This document shows positions 19,225 to 27,677 of a DNA stretch of 64,000 nt, piece after piece (within the stretch, counting starts at the first letter, position 1; each line of letters starts with the position of its first letter). Below the pieces are notes generated by a model, which ran no database searches, was not told the origin of the DNA, and worked only from the letters and a program-made list of their open reading frames with translations. The DNA is taken from the NCBI GenBank assembly GCA_947629985.1, contig CANRFV010000004.1:26308-90307 (forward strand). Reading direction: 5' to 3'. The position numbers and the translations under genes are program-made. Source of the DNA: an uncultured Clostridia bacterium (GTDB taxonomy: Bacteria > Bacillota > Clostridia > Christensenellales > CAG-314).

Positions 19225-19250
19225 ATAACCACCGACCTTTCGGTGGTTAT
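19225..19250 (+). terminator. 10-bp perfect hairpin after the ABC ATPase gene (no clear U-tract)
   Basis: ATAACCACCG-accttt-CGGTGGTTAT. Confidence 0.45.
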
Positions 19251-19260
19251 GCGCTGAAAT

Positions 19261-19351
19261 CGGCTGCTGTTTAGGAGACGGAAGCCCAATCGGCTGCTGT
19301 TTAGGAGACGGAAGCCCAATCGGCTGCTGTTTAGGGTAACAGAAGCCCCAA
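19261..19351. repeat. 30-bp tandem repeat, about 3 copies
   Basis: cggctgctgtttaggagacggaagcccaat twice, perfectly (19261-19320), then a degenerate third copy cggctgctgtttagggtaacagaagccccaat. Confidence 0.9.
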
Positions 19352-19476
19352 TGGCGACAGTGCGGCGGCAAGTCAAACGCGCAACCGCGCATACCGTCGC
19401 CCAAAACGAAACCAACGCAACATGCGTTCGCATATGCGGGCGCATCGCGTGGGAAATAAATTAAAAAGAGGTAATT

Positions 19477-22338
19477 ATGAAAAGAAAATATGCAATTGTG
19501 CTTTTGAGCATTGTTATGGTGCTTAGTTTGGTGCTTGTTGCATGTCAGCAGGAACACACCTACAGCGAAGAGTGGTCCTACGACGAAACGCATCACTGGC
19601 ACGCCGCAATATGCGAGCACGCGGACGAAAAGTCCGATTATGCCGAACACGACATGCAAAACGGCAAATGTTCCGTATGCGGTTATACGGTAGGCGGTGG
19701 CGGCACCGGCGGCGAAGCGAACGGTTTTAAGTGGAGCGCTTACAGTTCGGGCAGCGGTTCCTTCGGAGACAGCAGCGCTTCGGGTTTGCCCGAAGTTCCG
19801 TCAGGCAAAGCCGACAAGCCGAGTATTCAAATTCACTACCGTCGCACCAATGCAAGCGAATACAGCAAGTGGGGTTTGTGGCTGTGGACAAAGAGCGGAT
19901 CTGTCGGTACTGAGGACGAGGCGCAAATAGGTTGGAAATTCAATTATCGCGACGATTACGGCGTGGTTGCGCTATATTCGTTTGAGCAATTGGGCTCCGG
20001 CTATAACGGCAGCGAAGCGCTGGGCTTCATTGTACGTCAAGCCAATTGGGCGGCAAAAGACATCGAAGCGGATAGATTTTGGTCGCCTACCGCCGGCGAA
20101 ATCGACGAAAACAATTACTATCATCTTTATTTGACGCAAGGAGATCCCGGTTTGTATACTTCACCCAACGATATTCAATACGGTATGACCGCTTCGTTCC
20201 AAAGCACAGCCGCAATTACGGTTACGACAAAGTCGGCAATCAAACATATCGGCATTTACGAAGGCGGTACTCTGTTGGCGGAAACCGACACGACAGACAC
20301 GGCAAATATTACGTACACGCTTCCGCAAGGCAAATCTCCCGATTTGAGCAAAGAGTATACTGCAAAAGTAACCTTTGTTGCCGGCGACAAAGAAAAAGAG
20401 ATAGGCGTTTCGATGATTTCTTTGTACGGAACGGATTTGTTTAACGAAACGTATTATTACGACGGCGAACTCGGCGCTTTGTACACGCAGGACGCCACCG
20501 AATTCAAAGTATGGTCTCCCGTTTCCACAAAAATCGTGCTTAATTTGTACGAAAGCGGCAACGGCGGCAGCGCTTACAAAACCTACGATATGGTCAAAGG
20601 CGACAGGGGCGTGTGGAGCGTTAAAGTAGACGGCGATTTGGCTGCCAAGTATTACACCTACACCGTAACCAATTCGTCCAACCCCGTAGGCACCGAAATA
20701 GTAGACCCGTACGCAAAGAGCGCGGGACTTAACGGCAAACGCGGACAAATCGTTAATTTTGCCGAAACCAATCCCGAAGGCTGGGATGAAGTTCAACCGC
20801 TTCCCTACAAGCGTAACGAGTTGGTAGTATGGGAAACTCACGTTGCCGACGTTACGTCTTCCGCAACTTGGGGCGGCAAAGCCGAATGGAGCAAAAAGTT
20901 CCTTGGTATGGCTCAGGAAGGGACCACCTATACCGAAAAGGGCGTAACAGTTAAAACAGGTTTCGACCACATCAAAGAATTGGGCGTAAACGCAGTACAA
21001 CTCGTACCCATTTTCGACCAAGATAACAACGAAGCCGCACCGACGTTTAACTGGGGTTACAATCCCCTGAACTACAACGTTTTGGAAGGCGCTTATTCCA
21101 CCGACGCATCCGACGGTTATGTGCGTGTAAGAGAGTTTAAGCAACTTGTACAGGCGTTTAACGGCGCAGGCATCAACATCATTATGGACGTTGTTTACAA
21201 CCACGTAAGCGCAGCCGTAGGCTCCAACTTCGACGTGCTTATGCCCGGTTATTATTACCGTTACACAACAAGCGGCGATATGGCAAACGGTTCCGGTTGC
21301 GGCAACGAAACGGCAAGCGATCACCTTATGTTCCGTAAGTTTATGATCGACTCCGTCAAGTTCTGGGCAAGCGAGTACAAACTCGGCGGTTTCCGTTTTG
21401 ACCTTATGGGCCTGCACGACGTTGAAACTATGAACCAATTGACTGCCGAACTGAAAAAGATCAACCCCGATATCGTTGTATACGGCGAACCTTGGGAAGG
21501 CGGCACAACTCCGTTGTCCACAAGTCAGCAAGCCGATCAGGCAAACGGCAACAAGTTTGTAGGTTTCGGTCAATTTAACGACAAGATGCGCGACGCGTTG
21601 ATCAAGGGCGGTATGGCTGCCGCGTCCGAAAACTCCGGTTGGGCAATGGGCGCTCCTTCGGCGTCCAATTCGAGCGCGATCGTTGCCGGACTTAAAGGCT
21701 TTACGGCTGCAAGCCCCGCAATCAACGATTTGGAAAAGAGCATCAACTACGTAACCTGCCACGACAACTACACTTTGAGAGACCGTTTGTGGGCAACCAA
21801 CTCGTTCAGACAAGGCCGCGACAACAAGCGCGTTGAAGAACTTGCAATGCTTGCCAACTCCGTCGTGCTTACGTCCAACGGCGTCAACTTTATACTTGCC
21901 GGCGAAGAATTTTTACGTAGCAAGCAGGAAAACGGCGCAACGGGCGACGCGATCCACAACTCGTACGAATCGAGTTACAAAGTAAACGAACTCAGTTACA
22001 ATCTCAAAATAACCTACAACGACGTGTTCCAAAATTACGTAAAATTGATTGCATTCAAACGTATGTTTGTTGATACGTTCGGTATTGCCACCAACGATGA
22101 CGTAAGCAGCAGATATTCCGTGCAGGCTGTCAACAACGGATCGGTAATAGAAATTACTATCAACGCCAAGGACGGCACGGTTTGGAAGGTTATCCACGCC
22201 AACGAATCAGTCGGTAGCGGCTACAACGTCGATTTGGCGGGATATGAACTGTATCTCGACACATTAAACGTAGAAGGATTGACATTAACGTCGGCAACGC
22301 CCATTCAGCAACGCCAGACGATAATAGCGTCCAAGTAA
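19477..22338 (+). CDS. pulA: Type I pullulanase (GH13), lipoprotein
   Basis: Lipobox (LVLVAC). FNWGYNPLNYNVLEGAYS, IIMDVVYNHV, GGFRFDLMG, VYGEPWEG and YVTCHDN are the debranching-enzyme signature blocks. Confidence 0.9.
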   Translation: MKRKYAIVLLSIVMVLSLVLVACQQEHTYSEEWSYDETHHWHAAICEHADEKSDYAEHDMQNGKCSVCGYTVGGGGTGGEANGFKWSAYSSGSGSFGDSSASGLPEVPSGKADKPSIQIHYRRTNASEYSKWGLWLWTKSGSVGTEDEAQIGWKFNYRDDYGVVALYSFEQLGSGYNGSEALGFIVRQANWAAKDIEADRFWSPTAGEIDENNYYHLYLTQGDPGLYTSPNDIQYGMTASFQSTAAITVTTKSAIKHIGIYEGGTLLAETDTTDTANITYTLPQGKSPDLSKEYTAKVTFVAGDKEKEIGVSMISLYGTDLFNETYYYDGELGALYTQDATEFKVWSPVSTKIVLNLYESGNGGSAYKTYDMVKGDRGVWSVKVDGDLAAKYYTYTVTNSSNPVGTEIVDPYAKSAGLNGKRGQIVNFAETNPEGWDEVQPLPYKRNELVVWETHVADVTSSATWGGKAEWSKKFLGMAQEGTTYTEKGVTVKTGFDHIKELGVNAVQLVPIFDQDNNEAAPTFNWGYNPLNYNVLEGAYSTDASDGYVRVREFKQLVQAFNGAGINIIMDVVYNHVSAAVGSNFDVLMPGYYYRYTTSGDMANGSGCGNETASDHLMFRKFMIDSVKFWASEYKLGGFRFDLMGLHDVETMNQLTAELKKINPDIVVYGEPWEGGTTPLSTSQQADQANGNKFVGFGQFNDKMRDALIKGGMAAASENSGWAMGAPSASNSSAIVAGLKGFTAASPAINDLEKSINYVTCHDNYTLRDRLWATNSFRQGRDNKRVEELAMLANSVVLTSNGVNFILAGEEFLRSKQENGATGDAIHNSYESSYKVNELSYNLKITYNDVFQNYVKLIAFKRMFVDTFGIATNDDVSSRYSVQAVNNGSVIEITINAKDGTVWKVIHANESVGSGYNVDLAGYELYLDTLNVEGLTLTSATPIQQRQTIIASK

Positions 22339-22347
22339 AATAGTGCG

Positions 22348-23091
22348 ATGAAGAAAAAATTTGCAATTGTATTACTGTTGCTGTTTGTTGTAATTGCAGT
22401 TGCGGGTTGTCAAAAAGAGTACACTCCCGACCCCGCCGTCAGAGAATTTCTCAATACGGGTCTGACGGCGGAAAAGGCGTACGCCAAGTTGGCGACTGCC
22501 AAGTACACCGAAGTACGAACCTTGCTTAACAAACAAGGCGAGCAAACGGGCAAACTTGTAACGGAAGTTTATTTGGACAAACGCGATGTAAACAACCTTG
22601 GGCTTACCATACACAACACCTACGAAGGTAAGGCAATCGAGTCGAGCAACGTAATAGAAATGACGTCGGTGCTGTCCAAGCAGGACGGCGAGTATGTTTA
22701 CACCGTAACCAAGGTGTATAACAACCTGTCGCAACCCGAAGTAACAACCGAACAAATGGCAGATTCGGACGCGTCCAATCTTGTAGTTGCAATAATCTAT
22801 TCCGACAACGGCGCGTACGACGAAGGGCTGTATTTCGGCGATTTGTTTATGCTACGCATATTCAAATTTCCGCCCGAATCTTTTTACGTGGATACCGTAA
22901 ATAATTTGTGCGTGTTTGACGAAGGTATGCTGATAAAAGATTACGGCGACGTCGGCGACGTTACGTTGCATCAACTAACCAAAATAAACGTTTTGGGTTT
23001 GTTGGTGTACAATTACGAAAGGTACGAAAGCGTGCAGTCCGATTACGTTATGACTTGCGAATTGACGCCCGAATACGAGTATCTTCCGTAA
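22348..23091 (+). CDS. Lipoprotein of unknown function
   Basis: Lipobox (AVAGC). 247 aa. Starts 10 nt after pulA. I recognise no family. Confidence 0.6.
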   Translation: MKKKFAIVLLLLFVVIAVAGCQKEYTPDPAVREFLNTGLTAEKAYAKLATAKYTEVRTLLNKQGEQTGKLVTEVYLDKRDVNNLGLTIHNTYEGKAIESSNVIEMTSVLSKQDGEYVYTVTKVYNNLSQPEVTTEQMADSDASNLVVAIIYSDNGAYDEGLYFGDLFMLRIFKFPPESFYVDTVNNLCVFDEGMLIKDYGDVGDVTLHQLTKINVLGLLVYNYERYESVQSDYVMTCELTPEYEYLP

Positions 23092-23125
23092 CGCAAACGG
23101 TGCGTGCATTATTGAAATTTGCAAA

Positions 23126-23157
23126 TAAAAAACCGCCCCAAAATCGGCGGTTTTTTT
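23126..23157. terminator. Bidirectional rho-independent terminator
   Basis: AAAAAACCGCC-ccaaaatc-GGCGGTTTTTTT between convergent genes. Confidence 0.75.
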
Positions 23158-23194
23158 ATTGCATCTGTGCAAACGATGGTGTATAATTTGTTTG

Positions 23195-23719
23195 TTAAAT
23201 TATTGCAAACGAACCCGATTCGTGTCGGAAAGTAATAAAGTAAGCCAACGTAAATCCGAGATTTACCAATACAATTGCGCCCACCGCCAAAATATAGCGT
23301 TGCGCAGGTAAGGAAATCTTGATCCAATCGGTGGCAAAAGCGGAAATTGCCAATGCAATGCATGCCGCAAGCGACAGCGCCACGCCTATACACACAAGTA
23401 TCAAACCGGGCAAATAGGGCGTGCCGTCGTTTTTGAACACGAGATTCTTCATCAGCAACGTGGGAAATTTGAACGACCGCACAATAAAACCGATGATCGA
23501 CCCTTCAAAAAGTATAGCAACCAATGTCGCTATCAACAACACGATATCGTCAAATACCAACTGTTGTTCAATGCCGTGTACAAGGCGCTCAATCAGCAGG
23601 TACAGGCAGTAAGCCTCAACCGCTACCGACAGCACAAGGTAAATGATCTTAAACGCCAGCGATTTTTTACGCGTCGGCATGTATTTCACAACAATATCCT
23701 CCCTGTTACATATAACCAT
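23195..23719 (-). CDS. Membrane protein of unknown function (4-5 TM)
   Basis: 174-aa hydrophobic ORF. The true start is probably GTG 23689 or ATG 23680, just after GGGAGGA. Confidence 0.6.
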   Translation of the reverse strand: MVICNREDIVVKYMPTRKKSLAFKIIYLVLSVAVEAYCLYLLIERLVHGIEQQLVFDDIVLLIATLVAILFEGSIIGFIVRSFKFPTLLMKNLVFKNDGTPYLPGLILVCIGVALSLAACIALAISAFATDWIKISLPAQRYILAVGAIVLVNLGFTLAYFITFRHESGSFAII

Positions 23720-23785
23720 TAAATTATATAATTTACCGACGGTTTTGTCAATAGCAAGCGTCGGAGCATAATTAAAGGAGATTTT

Positions 23786-25483
23786 ATGGAAAAAAGCGCA
23801 ATATTACATCAAAGCGATTCTAAATTTTCGTTTCCCGTGTCGGAAACAAAGGCAATAGTGCGTTTACGCACCAAGCGTAACGATACTATCCGCAGCGTAA
23901 ACGTCTTGTGGAACACCGCGCACAAGTTTTGGCAAAAACAATTGCGTTTGCCGCTGTCGGTAAAGTACCGCGATCAACTGTTTGATTGGTACGAAGGCGA
24001 ATTGGACAACGGTTGCCCCGGTTACTCGTACTTGTTTGAAATTACCGACGCCGACGGAACCGTGTGGTACTACAACGAAAGCGGTTTCGATACGGTAATG
24101 CGCGTAGAACACGCCTTTGAAGACAATTTTACGGTAATATTTCCCAACGTAAAGGACATCGTCGTGCCCAACAAACAATTTGAAGGCAGGGTTTTTTACC
24201 AAATATTCCCCGAGCGTTTTGCGCGTTCTTCTCACAAACAAAATACGGAATATATCAATATGGATTGGAACACCGAACACCCCGACAATATGCGTTTTGC
24301 CGGCGGTGATTTGGACGGTATCCGCGAAAAATTGCCCTACTTAAAGGACCTTGGCATAGGCGCAATTTATATGACGCCCATTCATCAATCCGTCAGCGCG
24401 CACAAGTACGATATCGACGATTACTTTTCGGTGGACAAGATGTTCGGCAATATCGATACGCTTGCCGCATTGGTAACCGAAGCGCACAAACTCGACATCA
24501 AAGTGGTAATGGACTTGGTATTTAACCATTCAAGTTACTACAACGCGCTGTTTCAGGATGTAGTTGCCAACGGCAAAAAAAGCAAATATTACAATTGGTA
24601 CTTTGTCTACGGAGACAAGCCTTCGCGCCGCAAACTTAATTACAACACCTTTTGCGACGTGTGGATGATGCCCAAACTTAACACAAACAATCCCGAAGTT
24701 CAGCAATATTTGTGCGACGTGGGCAAGTTTTACATAACCAAATGCAACGTAGACGGCTACCGTTTGGACGTCGCTTCCGACGTTTCGCACGATTTTTGGC
24801 GTCTGTTCCGCCGTCAACTTTCCGAAATCAAGCCCGACGTGTTTATTATAGGCGAAGATTGGCAAAACTCCGAGTCGTTTTTGGGTAACGACCAATGGGA
24901 CAGCGTTATGAATTACCCCTTCAAGTACGCGTGCGAGCGTTATTTTGTCGAAGGCAGGTACAATGCCGAACAATTTTGCGATTTTCTCAACGCAACGCTT
25001 ATGCGTTACAAGGACGGCACCAATCGTATGATGCTCAATCTTGTGGATTCGCACGACACGCCGCGTTTTTACCAAGAACTCAACAAGGATCGCAGCCGTA
25101 TGCTGCAAACGTTGGCATGCCTGATGTTTTATTTGGGCAACCCTATGATATATTACGGCGACGAAATATTTATGGACGGCAAACGCGACCCGTACAACCG
25201 CAAATGTATGCGTTGGGATAGCCCCGAATACGCCTCGGCGGAACATGCCGTGGTGCGCGACCTCTTGCGTCTGCGCCAACGCGACCAACTTAAATACGGC
25301 GATATCGGCATATTTGCCAAGGACGGCGTTGCGCACATCGAACGCTCGTTTAACGGCGTAACATTGGGTTTGGCGGTAAATAACAGCGGTAGCGCAGTGC
25401 AACTCGACGCCGACATAATTTACGCTTATCGCACCGACGGACGCACTGTAAACCACGGCGGTTTTGCCGTTTACACAAAATAG
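23786..25483 (+). CDS. Cytoplasmic GH13 neopullulanase/cyclomaltodextrinase-type enzyme
   Basis: No signal peptide. N-terminal beta domain, then FYQIFPERFA, GGDLDGI..LPYLKDLGIGAIYMTPI, VVMDLVFNHSS, DGYRLDVASDV, FIIGEDWQ, LVDSHDTPRF. Confidence 0.85.
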   Translation: MEKSAILHQSDSKFSFPVSETKAIVRLRTKRNDTIRSVNVLWNTAHKFWQKQLRLPLSVKYRDQLFDWYEGELDNGCPGYSYLFEITDADGTVWYYNESGFDTVMRVEHAFEDNFTVIFPNVKDIVVPNKQFEGRVFYQIFPERFARSSHKQNTEYINMDWNTEHPDNMRFAGGDLDGIREKLPYLKDLGIGAIYMTPIHQSVSAHKYDIDDYFSVDKMFGNIDTLAALVTEAHKLDIKVVMDLVFNHSSYYNALFQDVVANGKKSKYYNWYFVYGDKPSRRKLNYNTFCDVWMMPKLNTNNPEVQQYLCDVGKFYITKCNVDGYRLDVASDVSHDFWRLFRRQLSEIKPDVFIIGEDWQNSESFLGNDQWDSVMNYPFKYACERYFVEGRYNAEQFCDFLNATLMRYKDGTNRMMLNLVDSHDTPRFYQELNKDRSRMLQTLACLMFYLGNPMIYYGDEIFMDGKRDPYNRKCMRWDSPEYASAEHAVVRDLLRLRQRDQLKYGDIGIFAKDGVAHIERSFNGVTLGLAVNNSGSAVQLDADIIYAYRTDGRTVNHGGFAVYTK

Positions 25484-25577
25484 TTTCGCGCGTTTTTGCG
25501 CGGGCGGCATAATTCCGTCAAATTACAACCGTCTATTGCCGTTACGCGTTTTGCTGTGTGAGCATTTTTGCATTGCG

Positions 25578-26270
25578 CTACGCAAGCAGCAGCATAATGC
25601 TTGCAAATTGCAAAACCGTACCCGCAATATCAAACAAGTGCCATACAGAGTGGAAATATTTTACTTTTTTGCCCACGGCGTAAAACGCTATTCCTACGGT
25701 GTATGCCAATCCGCCCGCCACAAGCAGCCACATGCTTGGGACGGGCATTATTTGCGCAAGCGGACGTATGGCAATTATTATCAGCCAGCCCATTACGCAA
25801 TACAGCGTCATCGATAGCGACTTTATTATTTTGTTGTTCATTGCAATGGCGTTGCCCGCAATACCAAGCGCCGCCAGCACCCACTCGGTTGCAAGTATGC
25901 CCACGCCTATTGACGCGCCGCGCAGTGCAATCAGGCAAAACGGCGTATAAGTGCCGGCAATCAGCAAAAAAATGGTGCAGTGATCCAAAATTCTGAATAC
26001 GCGTTTTGCCGTGCCGTTGTGCAAAAAGTGGTACAGCGCGCTTATCGTATACAGCAGCGTTACGGACATTCCGAACACCGCCATTGCGCACGTGTTTATT
26101 GTCGATGGGTAAGCCGCCGCCATACCCCACAGCGATATAACCAACCCTATAACTCCGCCCACTATGTGCGATACGGCGTTGAATATTTCTTCGCCCTTGC
26201 AGTACAGCGCGGTTTCGGTCGCGGTCGGCTTGGCGAGATTAGCGGTTGTGTAACAAGATTTTGCTGACAT
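25578..26270 (-). CDS. Hemolysin III / PAQR-family membrane protein
   Basis: 7-TM, 230 aa. ..FNAVSHIVG..LYHF..RILDHCTIFLLIAGTYTPF..YFHSVWHLFD.. are the family His/Asp motifs. Confidence 0.85.
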   Translation of the reverse strand: MSAKSCYTTANLAKPTATETALYCKGEEIFNAVSHIVGGVIGLVISLWGMAAAYPSTINTCAMAVFGMSVTLLYTISALYHFLHNGTAKRVFRILDHCTIFLLIAGTYTPFCLIALRGASIGVGILATEWVLAALGIAGNAIAMNNKIIKSLSMTLYCVMGWLIIIAIRPLAQIMPVPSMWLLVAGGLAYTVGIAFYAVGKKVKYFHSVWHLFDIAGTVLQFASIMLLLA

Positions 26271-26529
26271 AATGTTGCGTGCCCCCTAAAATTTGTTCGG
26301 GTTGCCCCTTAACAGCATTATATGCCAACCTTTGCCGAGAGTAAATCTCCCGATCGGTTTGCCGACTACACCGTTTGTACGGCAAGTAAATGCGGGGTAG
26401 AGCGGTCTCTACTGACAGTAGAACGCTGTTTCTACCCCGTTTTAACGTTATTTTTGCCATATTATTTTGAAAAATTTGCACTAAATCTCTTGATGTGGAG
26501 TTGCTCCATATTGTATGATCTGTTCGGAG

Positions 26530-26908
26530 ATGGCGGAAATGACAATACAACAGGCGTGCAAACAAAGCGGGCTTACTATTGATACAAATATGATATTACG
26601 AACGTATAGGGCTTATTGAAGCGGAAAAAGGCGCTTATTTCAAAAATTACAGTCGGCAAGCGCTTGAAACACTTGTCGCAATCAAAAAACTGCGCTCGGC
26701 AGGGCTATCGATATCCGAAATAAAGTTGTTGTTATCTATCGAAGATGCCCTAACGGATCTGAGCCGAAAACAAATGGATTCGATATATACTGTTATCTAC
26801 AATGCAATAGAACGCGCCAACATTCGCGCAAAAGAAATTGCCGAATCGCAACTGTTGCCGGAAAATATGAAACGTAAACTTATCGGCGCGGCAAATGAAA
26901 ATAAGTAG
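26530..26908 (+). pseudogene. MerR-family regulator interrupted by a +1 frameshift inside the HTH
   Basis: Frame A reads M(AE)MTIQQACKQSGLTIDTNMILRTYRAY* (stop 26617). Frame B from 26594 reads YYERIGLIEAEKGAYFKNYSRQALETLVAIKKLRSAGLSISEIKLL... to 26908. Removing one base near 26591 restores GLTIDTNRYYERIGLI, the canonical MerR HTH. Confidence 0.5.
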
Positions 26909-27194
26909 TGTAATTTTGCTTTTATTGTACAGCGTACTGATGTTTGCAACACTTTTTGTTAAAAACGACAAACTCAAATTGACAAAATTGGCGGCGATAT
27001 TGGGTATCGTTGTGGCAATTGTACACACAGTGTGTTTTTTCGTCGCACAAAGCCGTTGGGCGGTGTTGCTTACAAGCCTTGTACTGTTTATGGCTTATGG
27101 AATTGCCAATGGTTTAATTTTGAAAAAACACATATCGCATTGGTTAATACGATTTGTTGCGTCTGCTATAATATTCGTTTTATTTGTAATTTAG
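26895..27194 (+). CDS. Small membrane protein (3 TM), unknown function
   Basis: 99-aa hydrophobic ORF whose ATG overlaps the end of the MerR-like reading frame. Confidence 0.5.
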   Translation: MKISSVILLLLYSVLMFATLFVKNDKLKLTKLAAILGIVVAIVHTVCFFVAQSRWAVLLTSLVLFMAYGIANGLILKKHISHWLIRFVASAIIFVLFVI

Positions 27195-27227
27195 TAGCGT
27201 TACGTACATATTGGGGCGTAATTTTTT

Positions 27228-27538
27228 ATAAAGAGCGACAAATAAGCCGTGGTTAGTACACGGCTCGTTTCACAAAGCGAGGTGGAGTGGCGTGCGCAAA
27301 TCGAACAAAGCCCTACATTCTCAGCCCAGGAGTGTAGCGACGAACGCCACATCTTGCCGCACTCTCTTGTCAACCCCAACCGCAAACAATTTCGAAATAC
27401 ACAAAACCCGTGCTGCCGTCCTTGTCTGCGTCTCATGCCACCCAGGCGAATATCCATTCGCACGGGGACTCGCTCTTCCCCAAAAGTTTTGTTACGCTCA
27501 ACTTTTACAGGTTTTCGTATTCAATCTCCCGAACCCGC
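27228..27538 (-). ncRNA. Candidate structured RNA, copy A (unclassified family; long form)
   Basis: 311-nt element repeated at 30809-31086. It has many nested helices. The minus-strand 3' end is the hairpin AGCCGTG-tactaac-CACGGCT followed by TATTTGT. The closing helix works only in the minus-strand RNA (G-U instead of C-A). The ORFs across it are Arg/Cys-rich nonsense. Confidence 0.4.
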
Positions 27539-27563
27539 GGGCAACAAGCAAAAAGGCAGCAAT

Positions 27564-27595
27564 GGAAAAGGAAGCACCTTGTGTGATTCCTTTCC
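27564..27595 (-). terminator. Terminator of the helicase operon
   Basis: Minus strand: GGAAAGGAA-tcacacaaggtgc-TTCCTTTTCC, then ..GCCTTTTTGC. Confidence 0.5.
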
Positions 27596-27677
27596 GTTGC
27601 AACTAATAGGCGCAGTTGCCGCGCCTGCGGACCAAATGGCAAACAACATCGTAATTTAAGATATTGTTCTTATTATC

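Noticed and set aside
27200-27659. ORFs inside the repeated element: 27249-27659 and 27292-27606 (+), 27200-27463 (-), and their twins 30830-31096, 30868-31107, 30915-31223 (+) and 30706-31011 (-).
   Set aside because: The products are Arg/Cys/Pro-rich with no RBS. Several frames are open simultaneously. Sequence change between the copies preserves base pairing rather than codons. The region is interpreted as RNA or att DNA, not protein.
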